The notes under the pieces were generated by a model that was not told the origin of the DNA, ran no database searches, and was given only the letters and a program-made list of their open reading frames with translations. Of a DNA stretch of 64,000 bases, positions 28,414-42,317 are shown one piece after another. Every line of letters starts with the position of its first letter. The first letter of the stretch is position 1. Source of the stretch: the human T2T-CHM13v2.0 reference genome, Homo sapiens; NCBI RefSeq assembly GCF_009914755.1, contig NC_060940.1. One strand, 5' to 3'. The position numbers were made by a program, and so were the translations under genes.

Positions 28414-31387
28414 GCATCATTAATGTTGACATCCAAAATAAATTTTGGGTGGGAGTTTTTCTGCCTCTACAGGTGACCACAACAAATGAAATGTGTTATT
28501 TAACTTGTCTCCAACTTTTGTTCTTTCCCCATGTGCATTATTTTGATATTCCACACTAAACACCCTCATCTCCTTCCTCCTCCCTGTTTCACTTGGGACA
28601 ATTGTTTCAATAGCAAATGTTGAATGTAACAGGTCTTCCTCTCTGAACACTGGAAATTATCACTAACCAAGTACAGCCCATGTATACCTGAGATCTGTGG
28701 CTACTCTGGCATTCTTCTTACAATTATTTTTTTCTAGACAGCCAGAGTTGATTAATGTTGAGAAAATAGATAAAATATTTTTACCATCCTAGACATATGT
28801 GTTTGTGTTAGGACAGGCAGGGAGCTGTGGCTATTCTTCAACTGCAGCCTGGGTATATAAGATGCCTAAGATACAGTAGTTGTTGGAAATACTAAGCAAT
28901 AGGAAAGGGACACTCTGTCTCAAAAGTCCTTCAAAGAGGCAGGAAAAGTAAGTAATGTCAGAAATATACCTGAGATATAATAGTGACCTCAGGGGCTTTG
29001 CTTTATATAGTTGAGACCTGTAGTTCTCTAATACATATTTTTCTCAGATTTGATTAAAAAAACAAATAATGAAGCAACAGAAAAACTTATTTTCCTTAGC
29101 ACCGAGTAGCACCCATTAAAGAGACCCCCGTAGGTACCTTTACATTCTTGAGAAAATATCATGATATTAAACTCAGGGAGTGACACAGTTGGCAGAATAT
29201 CCCTTGAAAATATTTTGCCTTTCAGCTGCGAAAGTTTCTCTAACAAAGTGGATGTTAGAAGAAGCTCCCAGGCACCCCTGGCTATGTCTAGAGCTCATTA
29301 TCTCCTCATTACAGGGAACCTGAGGGGGATGAGGAAAATGCATTCAGAAAGATGCATTCATGTTTTATTGATTGCCAACAGAGCTCAAGTCTCTGAATTC
29401 TCACACTCTGGGATATTTTGTTAGGAAAATAAGCACAGTAGGCTCTTGTTTACATGCCCTCTTCCTTCTGGTACAATTGATTCCAGCACAGCACAAAACT
29501 GAGCATCTTCCCCAATTAGGTTCTCATGAGCCACAACCACACAAGAACTAAAGCAAAGCTTTCAATAAGCACATTGCTTATTGTCTCAGAGGATCTGAAA
29601 CATATCCTATTCATTAAATCCCCTCTTTCGATGAATGAGAAAACTTGGGTCCAGAGAAGTTAATTGGTTTGTTCCTGGTCACACAGCCAGTGGTGACAGA
29701 GCCTAGGTTAGAATTCAGGGTTCCTGATGTCTTCAATCACACCTTTTTGGTTATTCTAACTGCATATATTTTCCCATTTCTGGAGAAAAAAAGTAATAAA
29801 GTGGTAATTTTAAACTGTCCTCTATAATTTCAACATATATTATAGAGCCCATCTTGGCATGCTATGATAACTCAGTTTGTGGAGAACTCAGATTATATTG
29901 GAAGGTAGCAAACTGGGGAGGCAGTTATGCTGAGGCTATAACAGTTAATAGATTTGTGAAGAAACTTAGGAGATTTCATCCTGACATAAAGACACAACAT
30001 AGTGGAAGCATGATAGCTGTCTTGAGGAAAAAGGAATTGATTGACTCTTAAGGGCAGAAGCAGGTAGAACCAATGAGAAAATTGTTATGAGCATGGACTT
30101 TGGAATCAGAAAGAGTAACTAGGATAACTTTGGGCAAAATATTAAACTTTCTGAGTTTCAGTTTCTGTGCCTGTAAAATAGAGATAATACTTAACTTATG
30201 GAGATAATACATAGGACAACTTTATAGGGTGGCTGTGAAAAATATATTAGACCATGTTAAGAATGACTCTTCATGAGGCAATTATTGTGCAGTGTTCTAA
30301 GCATTTTACATGTGTACATTTATTTTTGTCCTCCCACAACCCCATGAAGCAAGTGCTATTATCTTTTTATGGATAACAGAAAAATCGAAGCACAGAAGAA
30401 AGAGCTTATAGTTGGAAAAGCAGAGATTTTTGGGTTTTGGGTTTTATCTGCTAAGTCAAATTGGCTCCAAGATTCATGATCTTCACTACTATGTTAAATT
30501 ACCATATTTTAAGATCCCTTTACTGAACACATAATAAATGCTCTGTAATGTCTATACAATGGTAACTTCTATAACAATAATAATAATTACTGTTGTCATA
30601 AAATTAATGATGATAAATAAGAATAAAAAAGGAGGACGAGGAAGAGGGACAGAGGAAGAAGGTAATTAAGGAATTTGCCTAAGTTCACATATATGTTGCA
30701 TCAGCCAGAAAAGGCTACATTTTGCTAACAACTACCCACAAAGTCTTAGTGGATTGATACAAATCACTTCTACTTACATTGAGTTGTTCAAGGTAAGCCA
30801 CAAACCACACTTAATATCAGAGTGTATAGGGAAGTTCCATAATACTTGTGCTTAGGAGAAATTTAATGGTTATGGACAGTCTTAATGACTTCTATTGTCA
30901 GAAAGTAGGAGAGCCAGAAATAGAAACTGGGTTTCAGTTTTTAAGAAAGAAATTTCTGTATTCATTTTCTATGACCACATCACAAATTATCGTCAATTTG
31001 TCAGATTAAAGCAACTCACACTTTTCTCACATTTCCCAGGTCAGAAGTTCGTGTAAGCTCAACTGGGTTCTCTAATTAAGGTCTCATGAAGCTGAGATCA
31101 AGAGGTTGCAGGGCTGGACTCAGACTTGAAGAAAAAATTCATTTTTGAGTTCATTCAGGTTGTTGACAGAATCCTTTGGTGTAGTTGGAAGGTCCCCCGT
31201 TTCCTTGTGATATTTCAAGCCATGGCCTATCATTGATTCTAGAGGCCATCCCTAGGTCTTTTCAGATAGCCTGTTCCATCTCCCAATCAGGAACAGTGTG
31301 TCAATTCATCTCAAACTTAATTTCCCTGGTTTCTCCTTCTGTCACTATCCAGATAAAATGTCCTGCTTTTAACAGCTTACGCAAGTA

Positions 31388-31430
31388 TTAGGTTGGTGCA
31401 AAAGTAATTGCGGATTTGCCACTACTTTTA
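31388..31430. mobile_element. MADE1 (Hsmar1 MITE), left arm only
   Basis: ta|ttaggttggtgcaaaagtaattgcgg is the Hsmar1 TIR after a TA target. Confidence 0.9.
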
Positions 31431-31533
31431 CTAGTTCAGGCCCACCCAGATAATCCCTCTAACCGAATCACTTGTGCTATATAATATACACAGTCATGGA
31501 AGTGATAGTTCATCATATTTCTGAGTTTTGAGT

Positions 31534-31906
31534 TGTCTTAGTCAGTTTGAGCTGCCATAAGAAAATATCAAAGGCTAGGTAGCTTATAAAACAAAAAAAC
31601 AAAAAAACAAAAAAACATAAATTAATTTCTGGCTGTTGTGAAGGCTGGGAAGTCAAAGATCAAGGCACCAGCAGATTCAGTGTCTGGTGAGGGCCTGTTT
31701 TTTCATCGATGGCACCTTCTTACCCTGTCTTCACATGTGGAAGGGGCTAGCTAGCTCTTTTTCATTTATTTTATAAGGGCACTAATCCCAATTATGAGGG
31801 CTCTGCCCTCATCAACTAATCAGTTCTCCAAAAGCCCTACCTCCTAATATCTAAAAGAATTTCAACATGTACACTTTAAGGGGGTTCAAACATTCAGACC
31901 ATAACA
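31534..31906 (-). mobile_element. MaLR solo LTR (MSTD/MLT1A-like)
   Basis: Termini tgtcttagtc...cattcagaccataaca; ggctgggaagtcaaagatcaaggcaccagcagatt; TSD tgagt/tgagg. Confidence 0.9.
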
Positions 31907-32265
31907 TGAGGTTAAAGTGGAACATCTCTGATGGACCATTTTAAAAAATTCATCTGCTGCACCATAGCATTCACCAAGGGTGATATGGATTGTCTTCCAA
32001 GACAAGTGTTTCCTTAATTGCAAACACAAGTCACAGCCCAGGATGGAAGATCTTCTTTCAGTTAAGTTGCAAAGAGGATATTTTGGCTTTCTGGAGCCTG
32101 AATTACATACCCAATTGCTGACTCTTGTTTATTTTTGTTTTTTATTTCTTACATAGCATAAATAAATGAAATTTAACTATATTAGTTTGTAACCTGTAAC
32201 CATATCACTGAGTGATTCACTGTTTAGGTAAGAATATGTGTGATTATATACCACATATATATAAC

Positions 32266-32803
32266 TGTATTAGCTTGTAACAAATTGCCACTAACATAGT
32301 TGCTTAAGCTATCCAAATTTATTATCCTACAAGTCCAAATTTACTATTCCACAAAGTGGAAAATGTGACAGAGGCCTCACTGGGCTAAAATGAAGGTGTC
32401 ATCGAGATGTATCCTATCCTTTCTCAGGTTTTAGAAAGACTCATTTCCTAACTTTTGTGGATTTTAGAGGATGCCCACATTCTTTGACTCATGGTCTCCT
32501 TTTTCCATCTTCAAAGTCTACAATTCCAGATCAAGTCCTTCTCACATGGCATATCTGCCCCTTCCTTTGTAATTTCAGCTCTCTTTAATCAAGTGTCCTG
32601 TAAAGGTTCTAAATAATTATTTGTTTTTAAGGACTCATTTATTTAGATTTGGCTAGCCCAATATTCCAGGGTAATCTCCCCATATCAAGGTCATTATCCT
32701 TGATCACGTCTACAAAATTCCATTTGTGATGTAAGGTAGTACATTTGCAGGTTTCAGGATTAGGTCATAGACAATTCTGTGGGTCATTTTTCTGCCTATC
32801 ACA
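32266..32803 (-). mobile_element. MaLR solo LTR (MLT1C/D-like)
   Basis: Termini tgtattag...ctgcctatcaca; ctcactgggctaaaatgaaggtgtc; tgatgtaaggtagtacatttgcaggtttcaggattagg. Confidence 0.8.
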
Positions 32804-33789
32804 CTGACTTAACCAAACAAAAGTGGAAATCTATTCTGAGGATTTTTGCATTTATCAGGTAAATTTAGGATTTCCAAAAGAGTTTGGGATTATAAACCAG
32901 AAAAACAGTTGCAATCTCTCCCTCTGTGTTTTCTCTGCTCTTTCTGAAAATCTGCTTCATTTTTTTTTTCTCACAGAAACCACCTTTTCTGTTTATCCAG
33001 TCCACATAATAGAAAATGGCTGTTTTACATCTCTTGATTGTAGGATACTGGTCTAGCCACTGGCAGAGATTGTCTTGGCTATTTTCTTAGACCATATTTT
33101 CAAAATAACTAATAGTGAAGACTTGGTCTAATAAGCAGCACTGAGTGGTATAGGATTATGAGGCCAGATAACAGCTGCTAAAGATCAACCACAGAGTTCA
33201 AGGATGATTACTCATAGACAGGAAATGTTGGCTTGTTCCCAAGCAAGAGGTGTCCATTTCATATCAATTTGACTATGATTTTTATTGTATTTCTGCCATA
33301 ACTATGGTCTTTTCCACCAGTACAGTAAGACTACACATTGCCAGAAGAAATGTCATCAGATACCATGCAGCTAACGTGATGCATATGTGTGAAGCAGCTT
33401 TGCATGTGCAGCTCATTGATGCATTAAAACTAATCTTTTGAATTGCAAAACATGAAAGAAATCAGAATGCACTGAAGAGATGATAGAAAGTTTTATGTGC
33501 ATGAAGAAATGGAAAAGCCAGACACACATGCGATTTTGTTACTACACACGTGGACACTGATTGTCAGAGCGGCAGTGCTTGCCAGGCAAAAATCATCAAG
33601 TAGCTTCCTAATGTTTTCTTCTATTTCTATTGAACTCAGCTGATCGATAAAATTAAAAACTGGCAAAGATATCATCTAAAAACTCAGCATAAGATAGGTA
33701 GAAATGTTGTATTAAAAGTCTTATGGTTGGAAATAATATCAGACCCAGTCTGATATCTGGCCTACTTGGGGAAAATATGCTATCAAGGT

Positions 33790-34053
33790 ATAACTGAGAA
33801 TTGAAAATATTAAAAATAAAATTATACAACAGTAAAAAGTAATACAAATAAAAATACAGTAACAACTATTTACATGGCATTTACATTATATGAGCTATTA
33901 TAAGTAATCTAGAGGTGATTTAAAATATACAGGAGGATATGTGTAGGTTATATGCAAATACCATCATTTTATATAAGGGACTTGAACACCTGCTGATTGT
34001 ATTATCCACAGGGATCCTGGAACCAATCCCCCATGGATACCAAGGGACAACTG
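33790..34053. mobile_element. Tigger3/Golem-type TcMar MITE
   Basis: ataagtaatctagaggtgatttaaa...ggttatatgcaaatac...ctggaaccaatcccccatggataccaagggacaactg|ta. Confidence 0.88.
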
Positions 34054-35110
34054 TATACATACATGTATATATGAGTATATTTACACATATAATAGCATCA
34101 TTCTGTGCAAACCTGTTATTTGATGCAAAATATGAACATCGGTTGCTATGTAAAGTTCATTCTTTTATATGGCTGTACCATAAGCCATTTAGTCCAAATC
34201 CTACTGCTGAAATTTTGTCCATTTGCAGTTCATTATTATGTACAAAACTGTAACTTCTTTGATTATTTCAGGATTTAATTTCTAGAAATTATATTTTTTT
34301 TCTGTGAAGGGATTGAGGCTATTGATGCATATTTAAAACTACCATTTATAAAGGTTGAATTAGGGAGTTGCCTTATTATTTTGATTAGCATTTTTGCCTA
34401 GCATAAAGGTTGAATGAATTTTTCCCCAAACTATATACAAGCATTGTTTTTCTCTCTCAAAAAACACTAATGCTAAATATCATCATTAAATCAAAAAGAA
34501 ACAAATACCAACAGTTTACAGTTGTTAAATACTGAATAATATGACTTTTATTTTACAAAAAGAAATATAAAAGAAAATTGTAGAGGTGCACCTAGATTAA
34601 TAGGTAGAGGATACTTAGCAAGATTTTGGACATCTATTGTCAGGAAATAAGACTACCTCTCTCCCGTATTTGTATGCATCAGTTACCACCATTGCCTGAG
34701 AAACAAAGTACATTTTTTATTACTCTGTTAAATAAAAATTAATAAAATCCATAAGTAATAGTGACTATCTGCCCTCCGTACAGGTGCTGGGATTTTAGGG
34801 ATCTGGCAGCTGTGTTCATGAAATATTGAGAAAGGGAAAGTACATCAAGATCAGATGAAAATTATTTGCGATATTTCAGAAGAAATGCAATGAACTGCAT
34901 ATCTAGAGTGATAGATATAACAAAGTGGGAGAGAAAAGAGATATGAGATATATTGTATATAAAGAATAAGCTTGACATTGTAATCTACGTTTTTTTGAAT
35001 GGCATAATAAAACAGAAATCAGAGATAATGGCGAGTTTTTTTTTAATTTAGTCAATTGGCTAGCCATTAATAAATTTAGAATATGTATATGTATATGTAT
35101 GCATGTGTGT

Positions 35111-35113
<3 letters not shown>

Positions 35114-35159
<46 letters not shown>
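35114..35159. repeat. (TA)23 microsatellite
   Basis: Read directly. Confidence 0.99.
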
Positions 35160-35164
<5 letters not shown>

Positions 35165-35165
35165 C

Positions 35166-35494
<329 letters not shown>

Positions 35495-36041
35495 TGATGT
35501 ATTCAGGAAATTTCTGTGATTCTTTTATCAGAAAAAAACTCAATGCACAGATATAAAATTAATATTTGGAATAGTAGGAATAAAGACTCAGAGATCAAGG
35601 GTTAAGTTCAGCTTATAAGATTGGAGAATAATCTATACAACGTCAGTATAAAAGTCATAGAATTGAATGTGATGCCAGGATGCAACTCCAGGAAGATACG
35701 AGAAAAGATTAGTCATGATTACATGTTTCAGATTATTGCCTTTAAATGGATGAAAACCATAATTTATTTTAGATTTATGAAACCATTTTAGTTGCTCCTT
35801 AAAAACACAAGCCAACAAATTTAAAAATAATAGTAAAATGATATATCTCCAAATAGTTTCAAGAACCGTCACATCAGTCACAGCATTCTTCTTGTAATTC
35901 AGCTTGTTCTCCATGATGACTAAGCATGGCATAGATTTAAAATACCATGAGACGAATTTTTATATTTAAGCAAGAAATTAATTTTCAATGAAAATCAATG
36001 ATTTCTTTTTTTGAGCCATTGATCCTTCCTTTGTGACCTTT

Positions 36042-37818
36042 TTTTTTTTTTAAAATCATACTTTAAGTTCTGGGATACAGGTGCAGACCATGCAGTCTTG
36101 TTACATAGGTATACATGTGCCATGGCAGTTTGCTGCACTCATCAACCCGTTGTCTATATTAGGTATTTCTCTTAATGCCATCCCTCTCCTAGTCCCCCAC
36201 CTCCTGACAAGCTCAGTGTGTGATGCTCCCCTCCTTGTGTCCATGTGTTCTCATTGTTCCACTCCTACTCATGAGTGAGAAGAGATGGTGTTTGATTTTC
36301 TGTTCTGTGTTAGTTTGCTGAGAGTGATGGTTTCCAGCTTCATCCATGTCCCTGCAAAGGACATGAACTCATTCTTTTTTATGGCTGCATAGTATTCCAT
36401 GACGTATATGTGCCATATTTTCTTTATCCAGTCTATCATTGCTGGGCATTTGGGTTGTTTCCAAGTCTTTGCTATTGTGAACAGTGCTGCAATAAACATA
36501 CATGTGCATGTGTCTTTATAGTAGAATGATTTATAATCCTTTGGGTATATACCCAGTAATGGGATTGCTAGGTCAAATGGCAATTCTGGTTCTAGATCCT
36601 TGAGGAATCGCCACACTGTTGTCCACAATGGTTGAACTAATTTACACTCCCACCAACAATTTAAAAACATTCCTATTTCTCCATATCCTCTCCAGCATCT
36701 GTTGTTTCCTGATGTTTTAATGATCACCATTCCACCTGGCATGAGATGGTATCTCATTGTAGTTTGATTTGCATTTCTCTAATGACCAGAGATGATGAGC
36801 TTTTTTTCATATGTTTTTTGGCCACATAAATGTCTTCTTTGGAGAAGTGTCTGTTCTTATCCTTCACCCACTTTTTGATGTTTTTTTTTCTTGTAAATTT
36901 GTTTAAGTTCTTTGTAGATTTTATATATTAGTCCTTTGTCAGATGGCTAGATTGCAAAAATTTTCTCCCATTCTGTAGGTTGCCTGTTCACTCTGATGAT
37001 AGTTTGTTTTGCTGTGCAGAAGCTCTTTGGTTTAATTAGATCCTATTTGTCAATTTTGGCTTTTGTTGCCATTGCTTTTTGTGTTTTAGTCATGAAGTCT
37101 TTGCCCATGCCTGTGTCCTGAAGGGCATTGCCTAGGTTTTCTTCTAGGGATTTTATGGTTTTAGGTCTTACGTTTAAGTCTTTAATCCATCTTGAGTTAA
37201 TTTTTGTGTAAGGTGTAAGGAAGGGGTCCAGTTTCAGTTTTCTGCATATGGCTAGCCAGTTTCCCAACACCATTTATTAAATAGGGAATCCATTCCCCAT
37301 TGCTTGTTTGTGTCAGGTTTGTCAAAGATCAGATGGTTGTAGATGTGTGGCATTATTTCTGAGGCCTCTGTTCTGTTCCGTTTGTCTATATATCTGTTTT
37401 GGTACCAGTACCATGCTGTTTTGGTTACCGTAACCTTGTAGTATAGTTTGAAGTCAGGTAGCATGATGCCTCCAGTTTTGTTCTTTTTGCTTAAGATTAT
37501 CTTGGCTATATGGGCTTTCTTTTTTTTTTTTTTTTTTTTTTTTGGTTGCATAGGAAATTTAAAGTAGTTTTCTCTAATTGTGTGAAGAAAGTCAGTGGTA
37601 GCTTGATGGGGATAGCATTCAACCTATAAATTATTTTTTGCAGTATGGCCATTTTCATGAAATTGATTCTTCCTATCCATGAACATGGATTGTTTTTTTT
37701 TCCATTTGTTTATGTACTCTCTTATTTTCTTGAGCAGTGGTGTGTAGTTCTCCTTGAAGGGGTCCTTCACATCCCTTGTAAATTGTACTTGTAGGTATTT
37801 TATTCTCTTTGTAGCAAT
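36042..37818 (-). mobile_element. L1PA7/8-like, 3' non-inverted segment of a 5'-inverted insertion
   Basis: T tail, 3' UTR and ORF2 C-terminal fragments (ORFs 36269..36757, 37043..37273, 37252..37551); left TSD tttgtgaccttt at 36030-36041. Confidence 0.97.
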
Positions 37819-38865
37819 GAGAAGAAAGACACAACATACCAGCATCTCTGGGACGCAGCTAAAGCAGTGTTTAGAGGGAAATTTATAGCACTAAATGCTC
37901 ACAGAAGAAAGCAGGAAAGATCTAAAATTGACACCCTAACATCGCAATGAAAAGAACTAGAGAAGCAAGAGCAAGCAGATTCAAAAACTAGCAGAAGACA
38001 AGAAATAACTAAGATCACAGCAGAAATGAAGGAGATAGAGACAGAAAACCCTTCAAAAAAACAATGAATCCATGAGCTGGTTTTTTGAAAAGATGAACAA
38101 AATAGGTAGACCACTAGCAAGACTAATAAAGAAGAAAAGAGAGAAGAATCAAATAGACACAATAAAAAATAATAAAGGGGATATCACCACTGATCCCACA
38201 GAAATACAAACTACCATCAGAAAATACTATAAACACCTCTACGCAAATAAACAAGAAAATCTAGAAGACATGGATAAATTCCTGGACACAAATGTCCTCC
38301 CAAGACTAAACCAGGAAGAAGTCGAATCTCTGATTAGATCAATAAGAAGTTCTGAAATTGAGGCAGTAATTAGCAGCCTACCAACCAAAAAATGCCCATG
38401 ATCAGATGGATTCACAGCTGAATTCTACCAAAGGTACAAAAAGGAGCTGGTACCATTCCTTCTGAAACTATTTCAAACAATAGAAAAAGAGGGACTCCCC
38501 CCAACTCATTTTATGAGGCCAGCATCATCCTGATACCAAAACCTGGCAGACACACAACAATGGAAAATAAAATTTCAGGCCAATATCCCTGAAGAACATC
38601 AATGTGAAAATCCTCAGTAAAATACTGGCAAACCGTATACAGCAGCACATCAAAAATCTTACCTACCACAATCAAGTTGGCTTCATCCCTGGGATGCAAG
38701 GCTGGTTCAACATATGCAAATCAATAAATGTAATCCATCACATAAACAGAACCAATGACCAAAAAAACACATGATTATTTCAATAGATGCAGAAAAGGCT
38801 TTTGATAAAATTCAACACCCCTTCATGCTATAAACTCTCAATAAACTAGGTATTGATGGAATGTA
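37815..38865 (+). mobile_element. Inverted 5' segment of the same L1 (ORF2 linker and RT start)
   Basis: ORF 38072..38401(+) reads [32 protein letters not shown]; right TSD tttgtgaccttt at 38868-38879. Confidence 0.97.
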
Positions 38866-40807
38866 CGTTTGTGACCTTTAAAATACTACTCATATTTCCC
38901 TTGCTCAAATGGTGGGTGTGGGGGAAGATTAGGGAGTTCGAGAAGAAAATGAGGAACTCTGTAGACCTATTCCACAGGAAAGCAACGAAAATTTGTGAAC
39001 ACTAAAAAACATATAAGCAGAGAAAAAAACACAATACTTAAATTCATAAGGATATATAGCACATAAAGTAACTTAAAAAGATTTTTTTATAAAATATACT
39101 GAATCCCCATATAAACAGCAAAAGTCTCCAGAACTTAAGCCATGACCCATTTTCTGACCCCTCAGCTCAGTGAGACAGAAGTGCCTCTACTGGCAGGTGT
39201 GGAAAAGAAGGTAGATTGCGTTCTTCCCCCGGGCTACCAGGTCTGTGATATTTTCCAGAGGGAAACAGGACACCAGCTTTCTTATCTCTATCGGCTCCAT
39301 GCTGCAGAGGCTAAATTCCCTGAGTATATTCAAGTGGTTGGGTGCTTCTGTATTCCACCCAGCTGTCACTTATAGGGCAGAAGCTCTATGCTAGATGTAA
39401 CAGTCCAAGAATAAGTACAAGGGCCCTTGATTGCTCTCAGCATAGCAATCACATAGAGTGAAGTTTCCACAGTGGGAAAAGCATGTTGAAAATACTAGAG
39501 GCTCCTGCCCAGAGATCTGCTCAAAGAGCTGAAAGATGAGAGCTGTATGACTGGGAAAGTTGTGGGCCATTGTCCCTACTTCAACTGAAGAGCATTTTCT
39601 TCGATACTATGCCCCGGCAGAAAGGCAGGCCCTTAAGATGGAGTGCTCTAAAACTCTCCTCAAATGAATTGAAATTAGTTGGAACAGAATGTGGAGAAGT
39701 TCAAGCCAATGAGCATTCTCATAAACAATGGATATTTTGGTGGTAAGAAATTCAGAGGAGACTGGTAGTTCCATAAGAAAAACAAGGTAAGCCATTTGCT
39801 GGAGGTTTTTCAGAGAGTCACAGAACAGGGCAGGTAAGACAATCTCTCCTGAAGTCAGAGCAGTTCTCAAAGAATGGCTTCAAAGTCAGCTCCTGCAAAG
39901 AAGACCTACTTTATTGCAATCTGTATCCCTGGAAATTGTCAAAAGCAATAACACAATCAGCTAGTAATTTATGGAGCTGATCAACTGGATATGATACCAA
40001 CCGAGGCAGACAGCTTAACTGCTAAATCAGGGAAAAAAAAAAACAAAAAACAAAGAAAGACCTGACAAAACTATTGGCATCCAAGGCTGACTGTGGACAT
40101 GCCCAAGTATATATACTAGAAAAAGTGACATTAGATGCAAACTCTAGGAGAAATAGACCAGGGTATTCAATAGCACAGTTAAGTCACTAAAAAAACAAAC
40201 AAGTAAACAACTGCAATAATAATCCATGTTGGAGGGGATTCAGTGTCCAGAGTTGCTACATTATATTATCTAAATATTAGGGGAAAAAAACTATGTGACA
40301 TGCAGATAAACAGAAAAGCATGCTCCATACACTGGAAAATAAGCTGCCCAAATATTGGACTTAACAGACAAAAATTTCAAAGAAGCCAACATAAATATGT
40401 TGAAAGAACTAAATGAACTCATGCTTACAGAAGTAAAGGAAGGTATAATGACAATATCCCAATAAAAAGGAAATATGAATTAAAAGTTAGAGATTACACA
40501 AAAGCACCAAATGGAAATTCTGGAATTGAAAAGTAAAGTAACTGAAATGGGCTGAACTTGAATAAAATAATTAATCTTGGAGTTCAAGGGTAGATTTGAA
40601 TTGTGAGAGGAAAGAATCAGCAAGACCAAAAAGAAAAAAGAAGATAAAGATGTCCACTCTTATTTATATTCTATGTTATACTGAAGGTTCTAGCCAGGAT
40701 AATTAGGCATAAAAAGAAATAAAAGACATTCAAATTGGAAAGAAAGAGGTAAAATTATTTCTGTTTTCAAATGACATTGTCTTAACTATGGAAACACCTA
40801 AGGAATC

Positions 40808-40821
40808 TACACACACACACA

Positions 40822-40859
<38 letters not shown>
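40808..40859. repeat. Interrupted (CA)n microsatellite
   Basis: Read directly. Confidence 0.98.
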
Positions 40860-40863
<4 letters not shown>

Positions 40864-41426
40864 GATATAGGGGAAGGACACAGTTAGAGGTAGAGGTAAT
40901 AAATGAATTCAATGAGGTAGCAGAATACAAAATAAATATTCAAAAATCAATTATATTTTAATAAATTATCAATAAGCAATCCAAAATGAAATTAAAGAAA
41001 AAAATGCACTTTCAGTAGCACCAAAATTAGTAAAATTCTTAGAATTAAGTTTAACAAAAGATGTGAAAAACATATTCTGGGAACAACAAAACTTTTCTCA
41101 AATAAATTAAAACTTAAATGACACTTCATTGATTGGTAGATATTGTTAAGACAGAAATATTCTCTAAATTGTTGTACATATTTAATAAAATCCCTATCAT
41201 AATACCAGCTGGATTTTTTTCAGAAATCGACAAGCTGCTATTAAGATTCATATGAATTAAAGAAACAAGAATAGTAAAAATGATCTTTAAAAAACAAATT
41301 TGGAAGACTCACACTTTCCAATTTTTAAACTTACCACAAAGCTACAATAATCAAAACAGCTTAGTACTTTTGTTGAAATAAGGAAAGATATGTAGTTCCA
41401 TGAAACAAAATTGAGACCAGAAGTAA

Positions 41427-41798
<372 letters not shown>

Positions 41799-42317
41799 TG
41801 ACCCTTTGGAGAAACAGTGCTGGCACAATTGAATATTCACATGCGAAAGAATATTTACATCCAAAATGTTAGTTGGGACCTTTCTACACAATACACAAAA
41901 TTAACTCAAAATTGACTATGGGCCTAAATGTGAGAGCAATAACTAAATCACTTAGAAAAAAATATAGAAGTAAATCTTTTTTACTTTGGGTTAGGCAAAG
42001 CTGTCTTACACATGACAGCAGAAGCAAAACCAATAAAAGAAAAAAAGAGATGAGCTTCATTTCAAAACGTTTGTGTTTGAAGGGATACCCTCAGACAAAT
42101 GAAAGGCAACCCACAGGATGGGATTAAAAAGGTGCGTTGTAAATTATATACCGGATAAGTCTGGTGTGAAATTTTTATTTATAATATATAAATTTATTTT
42201 TACAGCTGAACAATAAAATGACAACTCAATTTAAAAATTGGCCAAGGATCTGAGTAAATATTTCTTCAAAGACAGAATACAAAAGGCCAATCAGATCATA
42301 CAAAGTATGGTCCATAC

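Larger units (their letters stand above)
27310..28484 (+). mobile_element. Old ERVL-class LTR remnant (MER74/LTR53-like), fragmented by an ERV1 LTR, a microsatellite and an AluY
   Basis: gtaataaacc poly(A) signal at ~27995; 3' end gacatccaaaataaattttgggtggg...ggtgaccacaaca; host sequence is continuous across the TSDs of the inserts. The left boundary is approximate. Confidence 0.55.
30957..31961 (-). mobile_element. Old MaLR LTR (MLT1 family), interrupted by a half MADE1 and a younger MaLR LTR
   Basis: tgtattcattttctat start; ggtctcatgaagctgagatcaag; caggcccacccagataatccctct; sequence resumes after 31911. Confidence 0.75.
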
